64,000 bases of DNA from the NCBI GenBank assembly GCA_900696645.1, contig CAADGV010000021.1, forward strand, positions 122,893 through 186,892, in the 5' to 3' direction. Under the pieces are notes generated by a model, which was given only the letters and a program-made list of their open reading frames with translations, searched no databases and was not told where the DNA came from. Source of the stretch: an uncultured Chlorobiota bacterium (GTDB lineage: Bacteria; Bacteroidota; Ignavibacteria; UBA10030; UBA6906). A program made the translations under genes and the position numbers. The number at the start of each line of letters is the position of its first letter. Position 1 is the first letter of the stretch. This document shows positions 57,886 through 64,000 of this stretch, in pieces.

Positions 57886-58046
57886 GAAAAAACGTCGTTT
57901 CAAATCAGCAAAAAGGTACGTAAATCGCATTTCGTTCGCAAGGAATGCGCTGCGAAGCAACATAACAACCGGGCTTCCTTATGGGATAGAAACACGCTTA
58001 TTCCCCGCATATTGTATAGTTATGTGAATTTGGTATATTATTTCAC

Positions 58047-59936
58047 ATGAATCGAAATGTCCTGAAAAAAACTTGCCTTCTGCCTGCAATACTCTGCGCG
58101 ATTACGGTGTGGCCTTGTGCCGGAACGTTTCGGGTTGCTGCTCAGTCTCCCGATACGAACAATCGTTACCGGTTGGCGCAAAGCTACGAGCAAGGCGGCG
58201 ATTTTGAGAATGCGGCAAAGTTGTACCGCGAGCTTCTCCTTGCCGATCCTGCGAATTACGTGTTCTTCGACGGACTCAGGAGGTCGTACTTTCAGCTTAA
58301 GAGATATGATGATGCGATTATTCTGATTCGCCAGCGTTTGATTTCGAACCCGCGAGACTTGAATCTGCTTTGCCATCTCGGCAGCGCGCAATATCAGTCC
58401 GGCCAGGAACGTGAGGCAAGCGCATCGTGGGAGCAGGCGACTGAGGTCGATCCGAAGAATGCCAACGTCTACCGTATTGTTGCAAACACACTTATTGAAA
58501 ACCGTCTGCTTGAGAAAACCGCCGAACTGTACCGCCGGGCACGTGTTGCGTGCAACGATCCGAATCTTTTCACACTCGAACTTGCGCAGCTTCTTTCCGC
58601 AACAATGGACTATGCCGGCGCAACAACGGAGTTCCTCCGGTATTTGCAACAGATTCCCACACAACTCGGCTATGTACAGAGCCGGATGTCGCAATACACG
58701 GGGAAAGAAGATGCACGCAACGCGGCAATTGATGTTGTTCGCTCGGCACAGCGTCGCTCCGACGACCTGAACCTTCACCGCCTTCTTGCGTGGCTGATGA
58801 TGGAGGCAAAGAATTTCGGCGAGGCGTTCAGTGTGTATAAAAGGATCGACGCGTTAACGAATGCCCAAGGGGTTGAACTTCACTCCTTTGCCGACCGGGC
58901 ATACAAAGAAGGCGCGTTTGGCATTGCCGCGGAAGCGTACAGGGCTGCAATCGCTACACCTCTCGCGTCGCAGCGGCTTCCGCACGCAAAGTTCGGGCTT
59001 GCACTTGCCGTCAAAGAGTTGAGCATTCTTGAAGACTCCATCAAAGGAACTTTGCAAGCCGCAGGCACTGTGCCTGAGTCCCAATCAAGGTTTGTTACGG
59101 CGATTGATCATTTCAGAACGCTGATAACAGAATATCCCAACAGCGAGTTTGCTGCCCGTGCATATCATCAGATCGGGCTGCTCCAGTTTGAAAAGTATTT
59201 TGATCTCGACGGCGCGCTGGCGTCGTTTCAGAATGTTGAAAAGGGATTGTCCCCGATGAATCCCGTCAGATTCGATGCACTGATCAAGCTGGGAGAGGTG
59301 TTGACGGCGAAAGGCGACACTGCCACGGCAGCAATCCGGTTTCGTTCCGTAATGGCTGCACCCAACGCAACGCCTGATCAGCAGGACGAAGCAACGTACA
59401 GGCTTGCCGAGCTGGAATATTTTGCCGGGCACTTCAACGAAGCAATCCGGAACCTTGATGCTATCAGCACAAACCTGAAAGCCGACTACACGAACGATGC
59501 GTTGCTGCTCCGCTCCTTTCTGCAGGAGAATTCGCAAGGAGCCGAAATCCCCCTCAAGGAATTTGCACGGGCCGACTATCTTGCCCGACAGAAGAAATAC
59601 ACCGAGGCAATATCATTGTTTCAGAATGTCATCGACAAAAACCCCCAGGCGCTGTTTGTTGATGATGGTATGATGAGGATTGCAACGTTGCAAACGAAGG
59701 CAACGCGGTATGCCGATGCGCTTGCAACGTATCAGGCCTTGGTGTCGCAATTCAAGGAGAGCAGTATCGCGCTTGACAAGGCGCAGTTCAGTATCGCAGA
59801 ATTGTATGACTACAATTTGAACAACAAGGTGCAAGCTATAGCGGCGTACGAGAAACTGCTGGCTGACCATCCGCAGTCGCTGCTGAATGAAAAAGCACGC
59901 CGGAGGATCAGAGAGTTGAGAGGAGATTCTTTATGA
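58047..59936 (+). CDS. Exported TPR-repeat protein
   Basis: Signal peptide, serial TPRs (YPNSEFA, HPQSL); ATGA overlap with the next gene. Confidence 0.85.
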   Translation: MNRNVLKKTCLLPAILCAITVWPCAGTFRVAAQSPDTNNRYRLAQSYEQGGDFENAAKLYRELLLADPANYVFFDGLRRSYFQLKRYDDAIILIRQRLISNPRDLNLLCHLGSAQYQSGQEREASASWEQATEVDPKNANVYRIVANTLIENRLLEKTAELYRRARVACNDPNLFTLELAQLLSATMDYAGATTEFLRYLQQIPTQLGYVQSRMSQYTGKEDARNAAIDVVRSAQRRSDDLNLHRLLAWLMMEAKNFGEAFSVYKRIDALTNAQGVELHSFADRAYKEGAFGIAAEAYRAAIATPLASQRLPHAKFGLALAVKELSILEDSIKGTLQAAGTVPESQSRFVTAIDHFRTLITEYPNSEFAARAYHQIGLLQFEKYFDLDGALASFQNVEKGLSPMNPVRFDALIKLGEVLTAKGDTATAAIRFRSVMAAPNATPDQQDEATYRLAELEYFAGHFNEAIRNLDAISTNLKADYTNDALLLRSFLQENSQGAEIPLKEFARADYLARQKKYTEAISLFQNVIDKNPQALFVDDGMMRIATLQTKATRYADALATYQALVSQFKESSIALDKAQFSIAELYDYNLNNKVQAIAAYEKLLADHPQSLLNEKARRRIRELRGDSL

Positions 59937-61219
59937 GAAGTTTCTGCACCCTGGCGGGAATACGTTTTCTGCTTTTCGGCATGCTTGCGTACAATGCCGC
60001 GGCAGCTCAATCGAAAGTTCTCATCCCGATGGATTTATCCCAGACGGATCATCTGAAGGCATACGGCATTGCTTACTGGGCCCTGACCAAAGGAATTGAG
60101 ATTGACTGGCTGCTGAACTATCGCGGCGGCTCATTCATGATAGATGATCACAGCGTGGTTTCGGCAGAATGCCGTATACGCGGTGTCGGTTTCACGTTTG
60201 TCAGCGCTTCCGAGGCTTCGCAGATTTACTCCGAAGTCCAGCAGGAAGACAACAATATGGATGTTATCCGATTGGAGAAAGCGCCGAAAGTTGCCGTGTA
60301 CGTGCCGCCGGGTTTCCAGCCCTGGGACGACGCTGTCACGCTCGCCCTCGAATATGCCGAGATCAAATACGACAAGTTGTGGGATACCGAAGTAATGGCG
60401 GACAAGTTGAACGAGTACGACTGGCTTCACCTGCATCATGAAGATTTTACCGGCCAGTACGGGAAGTTCTACGCGTCGTTCGCCCAGGCAACGTGGTACA
60501 TTGAACAGCAGGTGACACTTGAGCGGGAGGCCAAGAAGCTCGGATTCAAGAAGGTTTCCGAATTGAAGAAAGCCGTTGCGCGAAAAATCAAAGAGTATGT
60601 CGGCAGCGGCGGGTTCATGTTTGCCATGTGTTCTGCAACGGACACGTACGATATTGCACTGGCCGCCGAGAATACCGATATGTGTGATGTGATGTACGAC
60701 GGCGACCCGCCGGACCCGAACGCGCAGCAAAAACTGGATTTCAGCAAGACACTGGCATTCACGAACTTCACTCTTGAAAAGAATCCTCTGCGATATGAGT
60801 ACTCCGACATCGATCAACCGCCGAGTGATCTGTTGGGATTGCAGAATCCTGAAACCGATTATTTTACGTTGTTTGAGTTCTCCGCCAAATTCGATCCCGT
60901 GCCGACAATGCTCACGCAGAACCACGTCAACGTGCTGAAGGCATTTCTCGGGCAAACGACAAACTTCAAGAAGAACCTGATCAAGAACACTGTTACGATT
61001 CTTGCGGAGAAAGAGGGATTGGATCAGGTGCGGTACCTGCACGGCAATTTCGGACGGGGAACGTTCACGTTCTATGGTGGGCACGACCCTGAAGACTATC
61101 AACACGCGGTCGGCGACCCGCCGACGGATTTGTCACTGCACAAGAATTCTCCAGGGTACAGACTCATTCTTAATAACATTCTCTTCCCGGCCGCAAAGAA
61201 GAAGCAACAAAAGACTTGA
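59933..61219 (+). CDS. Conserved exported FCB protein of a family often labelled 'asparagine synthetase B'; GATase-like fold suspected
   Basis: Signal peptide, LIPMD..Q..HLKAYG, WLLNYRGGSF, WLHLHHEDFTGQYGKF, FAMCSATD, GHDPEDY. Confidence 0.7.
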   Translation: MRSFCTLAGIRFLLFGMLAYNAAAAQSKVLIPMDLSQTDHLKAYGIAYWALTKGIEIDWLLNYRGGSFMIDDHSVVSAECRIRGVGFTFVSASEASQIYSEVQQEDNNMDVIRLEKAPKVAVYVPPGFQPWDDAVTLALEYAEIKYDKLWDTEVMADKLNEYDWLHLHHEDFTGQYGKFYASFAQATWYIEQQVTLEREAKKLGFKKVSELKKAVARKIKEYVGSGGFMFAMCSATDTYDIALAAENTDMCDVMYDGDPPDPNAQQKLDFSKTLAFTNFTLEKNPLRYEYSDIDQPPSDLLGLQNPETDYFTLFEFSAKFDPVPTMLTQNHVNVLKAFLGQTTNFKKNLIKNTVTILAEKEGLDQVRYLHGNFGRGTFTFYGGHDPEDYQHAVGDPPTDLSLHKNSPGYRLILNNILFPAAKKKQQKT

Positions 61220-61283
61220 AGCCGGGAATAATAACCAAGCATATATCCATTTCATTCAATAACGAACAAGTAAAGGAGATACT

Positions 61284-61910
61284 ATGAAAAAACTCGTGCT
61301 GGCGTTAGCGGCCTTGATTATTCTTGCTGCACCATCGTTCGCAGCAGGGCCTGTGAGTTTTGGTTTGCAGGCAACAGGGGCAAACATCAATATTGACGGG
61401 CCGCTGAAAGACGTGTATGGTTTTGGTTTCGGTGGCGGGGCACATCTTGACATCAACCTGCCGGTATTGTTTGCCATTCGGCTTCAGGCGGACTATATAA
61501 CATTCTCCCCCGACAACGGGAAGTATCAAGCGCTGATCGCCGGTCTGATTCCCGGGTCAGCGTCAGCAGATTTTTCGATTGATGGAGGGAGAATAAATAT
61601 CTTTTCGGCCAATGCCAACGGCAAACTGAGTCCGCTGCCTCTTCCCATTATCTCCCCTTACATTACAGGGGGAGTTGGATTGGCAAATCTCGGTGCAAGT
61701 GATGCAACGATCAAATATCAGGGCAATCCGCTTCAGGGGGGCACAATCCCGGGAGCAAAATCGGAAACCAATACATCTGCAAATCTCGGTGTAGGCGTTG
61801 ACCTTGACCTGCTCGTGCTCAAGCTCTACGTTGAGGCGCGCTACACATGGATCTTCACTTCGGGTGCGACAAGCACATACATCCCCGTATCGCTGGGCGT
61901 AACATTCTAG
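61284..61910 (+). CDS. Small outer-membrane beta-barrel protein
   Basis: AAGGAG SD, signal peptide, PYITGGVG, VEARY, C-terminal LGVTF. Confidence 0.8.
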   Translation: MKKLVLALAALIILAAPSFAAGPVSFGLQATGANINIDGPLKDVYGFGFGGGAHLDINLPVLFAIRLQADYITFSPDNGKYQALIAGLIPGSASADFSIDGGRINIFSANANGKLSPLPLPIISPYITGGVGLANLGASDATIKYQGNPLQGGTIPGAKSETNTSANLGVGVDLDLLVLKLYVEARYTWIFTSGATSTYIPVSLGVTF

Positions 61911-61936
61911 TCACACAAAATCTTCACATGAAAAAC

Positions 61937-61970
61937 AAAGGGCGAGCCGGTTTCGACTCGCCCTTTTTTT
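61937..61970. terminator. Probably bidirectional intrinsic terminator
   Basis: AAAGGGCGAG..CTCGCCCTTTTTTT between convergent genes. Confidence 0.85.
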
Positions 61971-61997
61971 ATGCCGGTGATTTCGATTGCTCGACCT

Positions 61998-64000
61998 CTA
62001 CTTGAGGAGGATCATCTTCTTCAGACTTGTGAAGTTCTGATCTCCCGCCGTTGATGTTGCTTCCATCCGGTAGAAGTAGATGCCGCTGCTCACCTTGCTT
62101 CCCGCCTTGTTCGTTCCATCCCACGTTGCGAGGAAGTACCCCGCATTCCTGACCTCGTCGGCAATCGTAATGATTTCCTGTCCGAGCAGGTTGTAGATGG
62201 TCAACTTCACCCTGCTTTCCGTCGGTAGTCCGAACTTGATGGTTGTTGCCGGATTGAACGGGTTGGGATAGTTCTGCGTTAATGTGTATTCTTCCGGAAC
62301 TCCCAATCCGGCTTCCGTCACTCCGGTCGACCCGGTCACGAGTAGGCGGACCGGCACGCGAAGCGTATCTGCCAGCGACGAATTTGTGGCTACAACCGAA
62401 ATTTCGCCAAAGTAATTGCCGGGGTGGTTGCTAATCGATGTGTCCGTCGCATCAAAGTACGCTGTCATGAGTACCGAGTCTCCCACCGCCACCGAGCCTT
62501 GGATCGGCTCAAGGGAGAGCCATGTTCCGCCGGAGATGTCGATGCCGCAGTGTGCCATCAGGTTGGAGGTGTTTGCAAACGGCAGAGGGCAGCTTGCGCC
62601 GACGAGAGATGCCAGTCTTCTCACACCTGAAATGCCGGTATGATATGTCGAAATTCCGGTGCCAACTCTCGCGCATTGATTGATGTCTATAACCAGACTC
62701 TGCGTCGGGTCGTACGCAAACGGGATATCGAGATCAATACTCAGCCAGTCGCCAATTGCGGCTACCGAGAGGGAATCCGTTGCCCGGGAATAGACGGTTT
62801 GCATCGGCCCCGCGTACCAGTCGGTCGATGGCAACTCGGTAAGTGTTGTTTGCCCCATCTTGATCTCTAATTGAGAGAACACACCGGAACCGACCGTGGA
62901 AATCCTGAAGTGAAGTCTTGTGATTCTGCCTTGCGGAGCCGGTGTTGGCTGAGAGAAATCTCCCGGCAGGTAGATCCATTGAATACGCTTTCCTGCAGTT
63001 ACATTGAACGGAAATGTATTGCCTGCACCGCCGGTGTTGAAGTTGTAATGCATCGGAATGGCTGCTACTCCGTTTCCTCTCGACAAATCTTCCGGGGTCG
63101 AGGGATCGTACCCGTCCGTTATCGGATCGGGGCTGCCTGATGCGACTGCGTTGGCGGGTTTGACCGTGACCGGAACGGTAATCGGCTGCGACTTTTCACC
63201 GCCGGGTCTTTGCGGGAACATCCTGACAAGCGCTCTGAACTCGCCGTTGCCGGTGCCCGCGTTTCGCATGTAGAATTGGATCGAGTCGCGATTTCCGCCC
63301 TGAAGGGTTCTTGTCAGCGAGTCGGCACGTACGCGGAATGCTGGCGCGCCAAGGCTGGATGCATACAGTTGTACCGACGGAGCAGCCGGATCATTCGACA
63401 CAAAATTCATCGTGCCTGTGTGTGGCGCTCCGGGTGCAGGGGCGGTAAATGTGACATGTACTGTTTGTGAATCAAGTGACGCCAGCGTGAAACTCGTCGG
63501 GCTTGCCGAGAAGTTCGCGTTGCTCATTGTAATGTTGGTGACCGTCAATGTTGCGCCGCCGATGTTTCGCACAAGAAGGGCGCGTGACCTGCTCGAATCA
63601 ATCTGTACGGCTCCGAAGTTCAACGAATCCTTGTTAACAGCGAGGCGTGCGCCTGCGGGTGGTATGACGAATAACCGTGACGGTACTCTCAACGTATCAG
63701 CCAAGGCGGAATTGGTTGCGATAACGTCGAGTCTGCCAAAATAATTGCCCGGATTGCCGTAAATGGACTCTTCCGTTGCATCGAAGTATGCCTTCATCGT
63801 TATCGAGTCGTTGATGGCAACTGTTCCTGTAGTCGGAGCAACCGAGAACCAGTTGCCGGTGCCAACCTCGGTGTTCCACGTCGATGCAATCTCAACATCA
63901 GAGAGTGCCCTGCTGTACATGCGGAATTCATCCATCAGCCCGCCTGCGGGAATACCGGTGGAGGTAGAATATGCCCCGACTCTGAATGGGGCTGTTCCGT
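61998..64000 (-). CDS. C-terminal part of a large T9SS-secreted multidomain protein (LamG end, repeated Ig modules, ASH/choice-of-anchor D, type A CTD)
   Basis: Frame open to the window end (FRVGAY..GLMDEFRMYSRAL); LNFG..VRNIG..SNDP; QNYPNPFNP..SGIYFY..KKMILLK. Confidence 0.88.
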   Translation of the reverse strand, partial: GTAPFRVGAYSTSTGIPAGGLMDEFRMYSRALSDVEIASTWNTEVGTGNWFSVAPTTGTVAINDSITMKAYFDATEESIYGNPGNYFGRLDVIATNSALADTLRVPSRLFVIPPAGARLAVNKDSLNFGAVQIDSSRSRALLVRNIGGATLTVTNITMSNANFSASPTSFTLASLDSQTVHVTFTAPAPGAPHTGTMNFVSNDPAAPSVQLYASSLGAPAFRVRADSLTRTLQGGNRDSIQFYMRNAGTGNGEFRALVRMFPQRPGGEKSQPITVPVTVKPANAVASGSPDPITDGYDPSTPEDLSRGNGVAAIPMHYNFNTGGAGNTFPFNVTAGKRIQWIYLPGDFSQPTPAPQGRITRLHFRISTVGSGVFSQLEIKMGQTTLTELPSTDWYAGPMQTVYSRATDSLSVAAIGDWLSIDLDIPFAYDPTQSLVIDINQCARVGTGISTYHTGISGVRRLASLVGASCPLPFANTSNLMAHCGIDISGGTWLSLEPIQGSVAVGDSVLMTAYFDATDTSISNHPGNYFGEISVVATNSSLADTLRVPVRLLVTGSTGVTEAGLGVPEEYTLTQNYPNPFNPATTIKFGLPTESRVKLTIYNLLGQEIITIADEVRNAGYFLATWDGTNKAGSKVSSGIYFYRMEATSTAGDQNFTSLKKMILLK

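Noticed and set aside
58022-58048. CRP site (TGTGA..TCACA) linked to the adenylate cyclase
   Set aside because: The spacer is 15 nt rather than 6.
1-64000. CRISPR array, tRNA/rRNA, integrase or transposase
   Set aside because: No regularly spaced repeats, cloverleafs or recombinase motifs were seen by eye; a covariance-model scan would be needed to exclude small RNAs.

Overview
This is a gene-dense bacterial chromosome segment, probably from an FCB-superphylum (Ignavibacteria-like) organism. That placement is inferred from a T9SS cargo C-terminal domain, a PorV-like gene, the miaB-bEBP-lptE order and recurring TTG-N17-TATATT promoters. Housekeeping content: miaB, pta, ptrB, ychF, ffh-rpsP-khpA-rimM-trmD-rplS, an ECF sigma/anti-sigma pair, lon, dnaX and dxr-rseP. 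Accessory content: a membrane AraC/lipoprotein-hydrolase cassette, two tandem expansin lipoproteins, a metal island (CzcCBA-like efflux plus OM porin/ABC uptake), a decayed PIN toxin module, and a four-gene Ig-like/FecR/beta-barrel/CHASE2-adenylate cyclase cluster. The most notable signals are: (1) each metal operon is headed by its own exported Cys/His-rich leader ending in an arrest-like motif (RGPP or FRPP), and one has an anti-SD hairpin over the next gene; (2) the CHASE2 cluster looks like a split trans-envelope cAMP signalling system; (3) a structured GGA-loop RNA lies upstream of khpA; (4) dnaX has an A9 slippage site. No rRNA, tRNA, CRISPR array or transposase was recognised. All calls come from reading motifs by eye; no searches were run.
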